Below, one piece after another: positions 49,059-57,613 of a DNA stretch of 64,000 nt (the first letter of the stretch is position 1; each line of letters starts with the position of its first letter). A program made the translations under genes and the position numbers. The stretch covers positions 800,001 through 864,000 of the forward strand of contig OY970280.1 in assembly GCA_963715865.1 (NCBI GenBank), written 5' to 3'. This DNA comes from Candidatus Bathyarchaeota archaeon (GTDB taxonomy: Archaea > Thermoproteota > Bathyarchaeia > Bathyarchaeales > Bathycorpusculaceae). Below the pieces are notes generated by a model. The model was not told the DNA's origin and made no database searches. It saw only the letters and a program-made list of their open reading frames with translations.

Positions 49059-49754
49059 CTAGACTGCTGGAGTTACTGGAGCGTATGCTTGAACGTTGGA
49101 TTCTACGTAGTACATTGCTTGCGCCGTGTAGAGCGTTAGGCTTACGGTTAAGCCGATGTCGTTTATGGTGATGCTGTCAGGGTTTATCACGTAAATTAGC
49201 ATTGTGTAGCCTGATCTTAGAACCAGGTCTGTTGCGGCGTAATTGAACGTATATGGAGTTCCGGGTACTGCGTCGTCAGGATTTAGAGATAAGGACTGCG
49301 TTGGTTTCACGGGTGGCGTTCCGGCTGGGGCGGTTTCGGCTAACATACCTTTCTGGAAGTACATGTCTGTGGATACAGGTTGGTTTGTTATCGAATAGAC
49401 TATGAATTGCGTATCCAGTGCTTCTAACCCAGATGTCCACGGGCAGTCTTGGCCTCTTACGGCTATCTTATTGATGACGACGTCTCTACCGCCAGTGTTA
49501 ACGACCCTTACTGAAGCCATCGAGTAGGTCGGGTCTCCTGGAGCGGCTGCAGGGTTGAGCCATACGTGAGAGCTGGTCATGGAAAGGCTTTCTTCTTGGA
49601 CTCTTGTGCTGACGACGTTTATGGCGAAGTAGGTGACTACGCTTGCCAGTAGCACTGAGATGACTAGGATAATGAGCGTTGTTACGACCGTGCTGAGAGC
49701 ATACTTGTTTTTTAATAATTTATGGAAAGAACTGTAATTCAATGTATTTTTCAC
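49059..49754 (-). CDS. Major type IV pilin, copy 3 (more divergent)
   Basis: KLLKNKYA/LSTVVTTLIILVISVLLASVV and the shared NTGGRDVVINKI.VRGQ. GGAGGTGA looks like an SD, so the start may be TTG at 49742. Confidence 0.85.
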   Translation of the reverse strand: MKNTLNYSSFHKLLKNKYALSTVVTTLIILVISVLLASVVTYFAINVVSTRVQEESLSMTSSHVWLNPAAAPGDPTYSMASVRVVNTGGRDVVINKIAVRGQDCPWTSGLEALDTQFIVYSITNQPVSTDMYFQKGMLAETAPAGTPPVKPTQSLSLNPDDAVPGTPYTFNYAATDLVLRSGYTMLIYVINPDSITINDIGLTVSLTLYTAQAMYYVESNVQAYAPVTPAV

Positions 49755-50113
49755 CTCCTGCTTTCGGGGATGATTTGATGAGTTGCTGGAAGCTTTGGGG
49801 TTGTTTTCATGTTCGACATGTCCCTTATCTTTGAAATAGCAGTACGGGTTTTTCTTATAAATGTCTTCTGTAGCGAGATTTAATACACAATATAATGCTT
49901 ACAACTAAGGAAGACAAAGCCAACTCTAAAATATGAATTACCAATAAATGCCCTTGAACACCTTTAATTTTCAAGGGCCTATGTTGGGCTAATAGAACAC
50001 ATGAAAATCTGGCTAAAAGCAAAAGTTTCTACGGATAATTTGCTTTTAGAGCATAGAATCATTTTGAATCCAATTCTATTCTAAAAATATAGATTCAGCC
50101 TTCATAACCAATA

Positions 50114-51787
50114 TTGTCCACCACCCGAATATATAGCGCTTGCAGGCTGGTAGCCATGCATCTGAAAATCAACCCCCACACAAAAACCCTATCACTGGTT
50201 ACAATAGTAGTGTTAATAATCAGTCCCTTATTCATGGCTACAGCCTTCAGCATCCAATTAACTACCACTTCAGAATACACCAACTACGTACACAACTACG
50301 TCAACTCACCTCAAGGAAACTACACTTACATTGAAAAACCAATCTTCCCAGTGCTAATTAACAATTCTCAAATACAAATCGGCCAAAACTGGACCATCAT
50401 CTGCCCTCTACAAGAGGGCCATAACTACCACATTTACTGTTATGGAGCATGGATAAATACCTCATCCGCGGCAAAAACAGACTACAACATCTACGTCTAT
50501 GACCCACAGGGAAACTTGGAGAGTTCACACACTGAATCAGCTGGTCTTCCAGAACACTTAGGTACAACAACTGATGACGCGCTTTTTACGCCGGTGCAGT
50601 CAGGCAACTACTCGTTTGTTATAGTGAATAATCCAGTTGATAGCGCAGGTGCTCAGCAGGCGACTTTTATGATAATTGAAAATCTTGAATGCGACAAATG
50701 GTACACGAGTTACGTCGAAGGCACAATTGATAATAATTCAAGTTTCTACACAAACTGGGCGTACGAGTTCGTAACTAACGCGTCATATGTTGAATTGTAC
50801 ATAAAAGTTCCAGAAACGCTCGACATGTATGAAGCTAGGCTTTACTTGATGAATAACGCTAATTCTTCAAGCTTAAACTCTTATCCACTGCCTTGGGAAC
50901 CAGGCTTGTACGGCAACTTAAGCAGTCCTGTCGGCGGCTACAACTTTGAAAGCGAAGCCTACAGAGGTGTAGCCTACGCAAGCTGTGAACATATGGGTCA
51001 AGCGATGTTTCTAAATTACACGTCGCCTAAGAATAATGGAACAAATCTCTATCATTTAGCGCTCATCGGTGAAGTAGGTTCAGGGAATATAGAGTTCATG
51101 TTGAAGACTCATTTTGAAAATGCTTCCTTGATACCCTTAACTATTCCAAGAAGAGTCATTCCTGAAAATCAAACTGAACTCGCCTTCACCTCAAACAACA
51201 CTAATTTGGAGACGGCTCAACTGTCATACACTACCAATAATTGGACAGATATTAATACCGTTGATATGGAAGTCAGCAACCAAACATGCAATGCTACGAT
51301 TCCAGGCCAAAATGCAGGGTCATTAGTGCAATATAAAATTCAAGCAATTGACGTTCTAAAAAATAGCTTGAAAGCAGCAGGCAACTATACTGTAAAGGCG
51401 CCGTCAACTCTTAACATTACTGCAGTTGAAGAAAAAATAGGCCTTGGCGAAAACATCACAATTGCTGGAGTTCTGACTCCAAACGATAATTATTCTAGAG
51501 TTAATGTGCAGTTCAGCAGCATCAACTCCACCCAAACGGTAAATTGCACTGTGAACAGTAATGGTACTTTTGTTGCAACTTTCAAACCGGGCTCTTCTGG
51601 ACTTTGGGCTGTTAGTGCAACTTCGCCTGAAACCCAAACGTCTTACAGGTGCGATAGCCAAGAGTTAACGGTAACGGTGACCGAGCCGCCAATTTACGTT
51701 AAGTATTCTCTTTTTATTATTGCTGGGCTTGTTGCTGCTTTTGCGGTTGGTGGAGTGGTTTACTTTTTAAAGTTCAGAGAAAAATGA
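50114..51787 (+). CDS. Secreted, membrane-anchored multi-domain beta protein (PPC-like and Ig-like domains)
   Basis: Signal peptide from ATG 50156, DYNIYVYDPQG segment, C-terminal TM followed by KFREK. Confidence 0.75.
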   Translation: MSTTRIYSACRLVAMHLKINPHTKTLSLVTIVVLIISPLFMATAFSIQLTTTSEYTNYVHNYVNSPQGNYTYIEKPIFPVLINNSQIQIGQNWTIICPLQEGHNYHIYCYGAWINTSSAAKTDYNIYVYDPQGNLESSHTESAGLPEHLGTTTDDALFTPVQSGNYSFVIVNNPVDSAGAQQATFMIIENLECDKWYTSYVEGTIDNNSSFYTNWAYEFVTNASYVELYIKVPETLDMYEARLYLMNNANSSSLNSYPLPWEPGLYGNLSSPVGGYNFESEAYRGVAYASCEHMGQAMFLNYTSPKNNGTNLYHLALIGEVGSGNIEFMLKTHFENASLIPLTIPRRVIPENQTELAFTSNNTNLETAQLSYTTNNWTDINTVDMEVSNQTCNATIPGQNAGSLVQYKIQAIDVLKNSLKAAGNYTVKAPSTLNITAVEEKIGLGENITIAGVLTPNDNYSRVNVQFSSINSTQTVNCTVNSNGTFVATFKPGSSGLWAVSATSPETQTSYRCDSQELTVTVTEPPIYVKYSLFIIAGLVAAFAVGGVVYFLKFREK

Positions 51788-51847
51788 TCATAATCGCGTT
51801 GTTTATTAAAGCAAACCCAGTGATTCTAAGACAAGGAGACAGGCAAG

Positions 51848-52390
51848 TTGGTTTTAGTCTTCGCGGCTGTTGGCGTAAGCGGTTCAGGCAAAACTACCAC
51901 ACTTGAGTATTTAATTTCACACCTGACCAGCGAGGGCTACAGGGTCGGCGCAATAAAACATATTCACCGCGAAAACTTCACCATTGATAGGGAAGGTAGC
52001 AACACGTGGAGATTCAGCAAGGCGGGCTCCAAAGTAACAGTAGCTATCTCACCCGAGGAAATAGCAATAATAAAAAAAACAAATGCCTCCCTCAATGATT
52101 TGGATAAAGTAGTTAAACTATTAGAAAGCGAAAAACTGGACATTATTTTCATTGAAGGATTCCACAGTTCCATTTCAAAGAGACCAGACATCGTTAAGGT
52201 TATAACCGCAAAGAACCCTGACGACCTAAATAGGACGCTGAAGGAAACTGTTCCGCCAATATTAGCAATAACAGGTTTGATTGCTAAAAATAAACCTCCC
52301 ACAAGCGAAATCCCCTTCATTAATTTACCTGACGAAGGAGCCCAGCTTCTAGAACTTGTAAAAAACCATTTAGCGCCAAGAGGAAATTAA
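51848..52390 (+). CDS. mobB: Molybdopterin-guanine dinucleotide biosynthesis protein B
   Basis: GVSGSGKTT, VGAIKH.H, GSNTWRF..AG and IEGF motifs. Confidence 0.93.
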   Translation: MVLVFAAVGVSGSGKTTTLEYLISHLTSEGYRVGAIKHIHRENFTIDREGSNTWRFSKAGSKVTVAISPEEIAIIKKTNASLNDLDKVVKLLESEKLDIIFIEGFHSSISKRPDIVKVITAKNPDDLNRTLKETVPPILAITGLIAKNKPPTSEIPFINLPDEGAQLLELVKNHLAPRGN

Positions 52391-52448
52391 GCATCATCAG
52401 GAAAATTAGATAAACTGCCTTTATTTTTCTACTAAACAAGGTAGTTGA

Positions 52449-53504
52449 ATGACTAGACGAGCAGCAATCATCCTAGCTGGAGGAAAAGCCCAAAGATTCC
52501 AGACCACTCAGGGAAAATGGCAAGATAAGGCTCTGGCTGAGCTTTATGGAAAGCCTCTTCTAGTCCATGCTATTGAGAATGCCCAAGATGTTGTTGATGA
52601 AACATTAATTGTAGTAAATGAAAATGAAAACCGAAAACCACAATATAAAAATGTTTTAGCAAAGTATCACGTTGAAAACGCCAGAATAATTACCGACATA
52701 AAAATCGATCATCTAAACGGACCTCTCGTGGCAATTTTAACTGGGCTAAAATCTGTCGATGCAGATTATTGCCTTACGGTTCCCTGTGACATGCCTTTGC
52801 TTAGTGGAAAAGTTGCTGACTACTTATTTAACGAAATCAAAGGTTCCTATGTTGCTGTTCCAATGTGGCCTAACGGTAGGCTTGAAACGCTTCTTATGGT
52901 TCTTGAGCGGTCGAGCACTATAGAAATAGCCAGTGCACTTTGCCTATTAGGTCGCTCTCATCCTGACGATATTATAAGAGGCGCTTTACACGTCTTGCTT
53001 GTTTCTCCGTTAGGCGAAATTAAAGCTTTGGACCCAGAACTGAAGAGTTTTGTAAACATTAACTCTCAAGAAGATTTAAGTCGGTTGCAACCCCGCCAAG
53101 GTCAAGGTTCAGTTATTGAGAATCTGCGGTTAAACCTTGGAACTCTGCCTATTGGAGAGTTACAACGTCTTCAGAAAGCGTCTTTGGAGCGAGATAATAC
53201 TGATTTTTTGGAAGCCGCAAAATTATTTTCAGCTTGCGCCGTTAATTTGGAGAAGGAAAACTCGTTTTTTTGGGCTGCCTTGAGCCGAGAGAATGAAGGA
53301 AAATGTTGCCTATGCTTGTCTAAGCAGCAGAGTAAGCTTGAATTCATCAACCTTGGTAAAGGCGCACTCTTAAAAGCCGCGAGTAACTACGGGTTGGAAG
53401 CTGAAATGTACGAGCATAACCGCTGTTACTTATTGGCTGAACGGGCAAAAGCTGACAAGTCATGGTGCGAATCACATGTTAAAAGCTTGAACATAATTAA
53501 ATGA
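52449..53504 (+). CDS. mobA: Molybdenum cofactor guanylyltransferase with C-terminal extension
   Basis: ILAGGKAQRF, DKAL, GPLVAILTGL, PCDMP and NINSQEDL motifs, followed by about 130 extra residues. Confidence 0.9.
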   Translation: MTRRAAIILAGGKAQRFQTTQGKWQDKALAELYGKPLLVHAIENAQDVVDETLIVVNENENRKPQYKNVLAKYHVENARIITDIKIDHLNGPLVAILTGLKSVDADYCLTVPCDMPLLSGKVADYLFNEIKGSYVAVPMWPNGRLETLLMVLERSSTIEIASALCLLGRSHPDDIIRGALHVLLVSPLGEIKALDPELKSFVNINSQEDLSRLQPRQGQGSVIENLRLNLGTLPIGELQRLQKASLERDNTDFLEAAKLFSACAVNLEKENSFFWAALSRENEGKCCLCLSKQQSKLEFINLGKGALLKAASNYGLEAEMYEHNRCYLLAERAKADKSWCESHVKSLNIIK

Positions 53505-54282
53505 TTATTCTTTCTGGCACAGTGTAAACGTTCAGGCGTTTTCCACGTACAAACCCAGCCAAAGTCAAATTCGATGCTTCAGCCATCGCTATACCCGAAG
53601 AAAGTGCCGCTGCCAGCGAAGCAACAATGGGCAAACCAACCTTAGCAGCCTTGAAAGCCACATCACCAGACATGCGCCCGCTCAAAGCCAAAAAGCACAT
53701 GCCAAAATCAACCCTGTTCAACGCAGCCATCCCAATCACTTTGTCAACGGCGTTGTGTCTGCCTACGTCTTCAGCCAACGCAACCAATGAGCCGTCGCCC
53801 TTGTAGATTGCGGCAACGTGAAGCCCGCCTGTTTGCCTGAAACCTTCAGCTTTGAAGTTCAGCTGGTTAACGCTGTCAAAAATGACCTTGGCGTTAACTT
53901 TTAGGTTTGATTCAACCTTAGGGTTTTTGCCTGCGTATTGGTAGGGTGAGCCGCCGCCGCAGGCTGACGTAATAACGCGAGCATGAAGCCTTGACAGGCT
54001 AATGCGGTCATCAACGTTAACGCTTGGTTTAAGTTTAACGTAGCAGGCGTTTTCCGCTTCTTTTAGGGTTACCTCCTCGATTTCATCGATTGACTTCAAT
54101 ATGCCCTCGGAAAGCAGGTGCCCGACTGCCAGCTCCCTGATGTTGGTTGGCGTGCAAAGAATGGTTACCCAAAAAGCAGTATCAACAAAAAGGTGAAGAG
54201 GACTCTCTTCAGCAACAAAATCAAGTTTTCTTTCAGCTTTTCCAGTTGAGAGGTCAATTTTTACAATGTCAACTTGACGCAT
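53497..54282 (-). CDS. fdhD: Formate dehydrogenase accessory sulfurtransferase
   Basis: EESPL, LAVGHLLSEG, SACG, TGGLH and EDVGRHNAVDK motifs. Confidence 0.95.
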   Translation of the reverse strand: MRQVDIVKIDLSTGKAERKLDFVAEESPLHLFVDTAFWVTILCTPTNIRELAVGHLLSEGILKSIDEIEEVTLKEAENACYVKLKPSVNVDDRISLSRLHARVITSACGGGSPYQYAGKNPKVESNLKVNAKVIFDSVNQLNFKAEGFRQTGGLHVAAIYKGDGSLVALAEDVGRHNAVDKVIGMAALNRVDFGMCFLALSGRMSGDVAFKAAKVGLPIVASLAAALSSGIAMAEASNLTLAGFVRGKRLNVYTVPERIII

Positions 54283-54386
54283 AACTCTGTCCTCTTGTGC
54301 TGTTGTGTTTTGAACTCAGCGCTGTTGATAAGGCATTCGGCTACCCAAATTATGTATAATGAGGTTTCAAACCTTTAAAAATTGAA

Positions 54387-54546
54387 TTAGGGAATTAGCA
54401 GTTTGCCACCGCACATAGGACAGAAAAGCTTATGCAAGTACATTAGCTCAATCCAGCATGTATAGCAAAAGTAAATTTGGCATTTTGAGCATATTGAAGC
54501 CAGCGCCTATGAACTTTCCGCAAGAATCGCAAGGTCGAGTTAAAAC
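54387..54546 (-). pseudogene. Frameshifted small Cys-rich (4x CxxC) zinc-binding protein
   Basis: TRPCDSCGKFIGAGF, then after a +1 shift near 54495, ICSKCQIYFCYTCWIELMYLHKLFCPMCGGKLLIP*. Confidence 0.55.
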
Positions 54547-54684
54547 AAAAATGGTAGTTTTAGAGGATTAAACGTTTTATAAAACAAGTGAAGAAACGAT
54601 GTTTTAGCACAGTAGGGGCTTTATTGAAAGTAAAAACTAGGCAAAAAAGCGCAAAGAGCAAACACTAAGACTTTTTTTGCATCC

Positions 54685-55608
54685 TCAGTTTGGTATTTCC
54701 TTTACCTTTCGATACATTCTAACTAATAGGTCACTATACTTATTGATTGAAGGCTTCAATTCTTTGATTTCGTTGTAGTCTAAGCAGGGTTCAATAGAGT
54801 GTGCACCTGCATTTCCTTCTTCTTTTACGTCAAATAAGAAATTAACAAATGATTCTTTCTCTTTCTCTAATTTGAAGAAATCGTAAGGCTTGAAATCGTC
54901 TAATTTATCCCTCAAATTAGGAATAAGTGTACTCAAATTAAGAAATCCATCGGAATAAAAAAGCTCCTTTCGAGCCATACCGTACTTTTGCCTAAGTAAA
55001 TCAATTATTAATCTCTCAAATAATTTTCTAACTAACACCATAGTGGCAGTATATAGCCCTACACGGAAGGTGGTGTTTATCTCAAATTTAAGGTCATCAT
55101 AGACCTTATCGTTAAACATGATATCTATTAATAATTCAGAATTATGTAGTGGCTCTCCACTAGTACCTTTTATTTCAAAATCCTTTGAGCCTTCAACCCT
55201 TTCCTCAGAAAAAATTTTGTTAGCCTCAGAACATAGTTGTGGTGGACTTGTGCCTTGAAAGCTCTTGTAAACTAATTCATCTATCTCTAATTCAAGCCCC
55301 ATATTTGCTTTTATTGCATAGTCTCTAACAAAATTGGGTGGAAGTAATAACCGTCTTAGGTAAGTTACATCATTACCGTTGCCAGTATACCATCCCTTTG
55401 AAACTACTCGAAAATCAAACGGTTTATTTATAACACGCTTAACACAGCAGTTTTCATCCACCAATATAGTTAGAGTACTTCTAAGGTACGTCTCGATTCC
55501 AGTATCAAGTTCATAATATTTGGCGATTCTTTCATCATCTATGTTAAGCTGAAGCATGAGTGGATTGTTATCAGTTCCTTCAATTTTCTTTCGAATAATA
55601 TAGGGCAT
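54685..55608 (-). CDS. Hypothetical protein with a possible HEPN/DUF4145-like C-terminal domain
   Basis: AT-rich; helical C-terminus with LVRKLFE and GNAGAH. Confidence 0.6.
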   Translation of the reverse strand: MPYIIRKKIEGTDNNPLMLQLNIDDERIAKYYELDTGIETYLRSTLTILVDENCCVKRVINKPFDFRVVSKGWYTGNGNDVTYLRRLLLPPNFVRDYAIKANMGLELEIDELVYKSFQGTSPPQLCSEANKIFSEERVEGSKDFEIKGTSGEPLHNSELLIDIMFNDKVYDDLKFEINTTFRVGLYTATMVLVRKLFERLIIDLLRQKYGMARKELFYSDGFLNLSTLIPNLRDKLDDFKPYDFFKLEKEKESFVNFLFDVKEEGNAGAHSIEPCLDYNEIKELKPSINKYSDLLVRMYRKVKEIPN

Positions 55609-55752
55609 TTTAACCTGTCAAATCTTATAGATTGGTTTGCTTTTTCAACTTTTCTATTACAATTCAGTCAAGCAACTTAGCGATGCAAAAAAGCGCAAAG
55701 ACTAAAAACTAACGCATAAAGAGGGCTGCTTAGTTTTTTCATACTGCTTAAT

Positions 55753-56553
55753 TTACTGTAAAGCCATCTCGAACAATTTTTTTTGAACTGGAACTAGTCT
55801 GTCATCACACATTTTCTTTAAAAGGTCTTCTAACATCCGTATCAATTTCATGTCAATTATGCCTTCATTAAGTTTTTTCAAGATATCAGTTGACTTATCC
55901 TTTGAATCGAACTTCAATAGGTGTTCCTTAGACATTGAAAGCATAAGAGCCTCAATTATCTGGTCTAAAATGACTTTGAAATCATCAATTATTGCATTAT
56001 CGCATGAACGTATAACCTCTTTATGTTCTTTCAAGAAATCATAAGCAATATAATATGCCCTAATCTCATAGAGTAAATCTCCTAGTTCGATATGCTCGTT
56101 CTTAAAAATATGCGGAAGTACATAGAAATTGAAGTTTCCGCCAACTGCTGATGTTTTCACACTTTCCATTAATATATCAATGAGGTCTTGTGAATGTTTT
56201 ACTGTTACAAATTTTCCATCCGCTATAACCTGAATTTTTACAGGTGTAATGGTTAGACTTATACCTACATCCTTTGGGTTGTCATGGAGGTACGTTAACA
56301 CATCATCTCTCGAAAGGTCTAATGGACTTAGAATACCCACTTTAGCTGTTTTTTTGACTTCATCAATAGCCTGAATAATTGCTTTCGAGGCGGTCGCAAG
56401 CGTTTTTTTCTTTTCTGATTCTTCTTTTAGTAATCTAACTTGTTCATTTGAGCTTTTTGCTTGTTGGCTCGTATACACTAAGCTGATAATAGAAATTACG
56501 AAGGCAAGCGTGCTAAACACAATGGTAATTATGATTGTTATATCCATACTCAT
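55753..56553 (-). CDS. Hypothetical protein with N-terminal TM and coiled coil
   Basis: Hydrophobic residues 5-27, then a Q/E/K heptad segment; AT-rich. Confidence 0.7.
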   Translation of the reverse strand: MSMDITIIITIVFSTLAFVISIISLVYTSQQAKSSNEQVRLLKEESEKKKTLATASKAIIQAIDEVKKTAKVGILSPLDLSRDDVLTYLHDNPKDVGISLTITPVKIQVIADGKFVTVKHSQDLIDILMESVKTSAVGGNFNFYVLPHIFKNEHIELGDLLYEIRAYYIAYDFLKEHKEVIRSCDNAIIDDFKVILDQIIEALMLSMSKEHLLKFDSKDKSTDILKKLNEGIIDMKLIRMLEDLLKKMCDDRLVPVQKKLFEMALQ

Positions 56554-56737
56554 CCGTTCTTAGTTTGAAGATTTTACTTCTATATGTTTTACTAATGCTA
56601 TAAGATTTTAGTCCCTACCACTTTTTGTGTTTTGACTTTTAAATTGAGCGATGCAAAAACTTAAACGCTAAAAAACTCAATTCTGCTACCAAGATAAAAA
56701 TGGCTCATAGAAATAGACGAGGAAAATCAATAATCAA

Positions 56738-57379
56738 ATGAAAAAACAGCGAGAAGAAGAACAATATTCAATGCAAAATGCTATGAATAAGCTTGCAGAA
56801 ATATGCAAAATTATTTTTGAGGACAATAAGCTTATTTTTCTCAAAAAAAGTGAAGAGATTGACGAAACTCTTCTTAAGACTCTTTCATTGTCATTTACGA
56901 CACTTTCTACCTTGTTTGAAGACGCTATAGAACATTGGTTTGGTTCAAAATTAAAAGGTCCTGACGCTGTTCAACCCTCGGAAAAATTGGAAGACCGAAT
57001 TGATATTAAGCTTTATCAAACTGGCAGTCTGGATTTCGAGCAGTTGAAGAGAATTATGGTTCGTTTGAATAGGATTGATGATGCATTGGGAGGCATCGAA
57101 AGAATAGCGTTCTACCTGACGCATTACGAGAATATCTGTAAAGCGAAAGGTCTTAACAAATATGCTGAATTGTCCGAATTATTCCGTGTTTATAGTATTG
57201 AAGAATTTGGTAAGAGCCTTAAAATGGAGGCAAGCCAACTTAGAGGTAAAGTTGAAAGAAGTAACTTATACTTTCAATCCAAATTAAACACAACGACAGT
57301 AAGAATAGCTTATTTTGCTTTAGCGATTTCAGTTTTGTCGGTCTTAATAACCATACTATGGCTTCTATTTGGAAAATAA
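56738..57379 (+). CDS. Hypothetical helical protein with C-terminal TM
   Basis: C-terminal IAYFALAISVLSVLITILWLLF. Confidence 0.7.
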   Translation: MKKQREEEQYSMQNAMNKLAEICKIIFEDNKLIFLKKSEEIDETLLKTLSLSFTTLSTLFEDAIEHWFGSKLKGPDAVQPSEKLEDRIDIKLYQTGSLDFEQLKRIMVRLNRIDDALGGIERIAFYLTHYENICKAKGLNKYAELSELFRVYSIEEFGKSLKMEASQLRGKVERSNLYFQSKLNTTTVRIAYFALAISVLSVLITILWLLFGK

Positions 57380-57559
57380 CGAATTTGCATTTCCTTAAAA
57401 CCTACAAGCGCAAAAAAAACCAAAAAGTGCATTTACAGTTTACAAGATACAGGAGCCTATTTGGGTCATACAGTGGACCGAGGGGTAGGGTGTGAGAGAG
57501 ACAGAAGGCTCTTGCTACTAATGCTTAAAGCGCCGTTTTGACTATTTGGGATGCGATTT

Positions 57560-57610
57560 CGTTTAGTATAGTAAACGCAATTCTTATATTTTCGTTTACT
57601 ATAGTAAACG
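57560..57610. promoter_or_regulatory. Tandem 18-bp palindromic operator-like sites
   Basis: CGTTTAGTATAGTAAACG (57560-57577, one mismatch) and perfect CGTTTACTATAGTAAACG (57593-57610), ending 3 nt before ATG 57614. Confidence 0.7.
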
Positions 57611-57613
57611 AGC

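Noticed and set aside
42927-49754. Archaellum (arl/fla) operon
   Set aside because: No ArlH RecA-like ATPase, no recognisable ArlF/G and no chemotaxis genes; the minor-pilin set fits a type IV pilus better.
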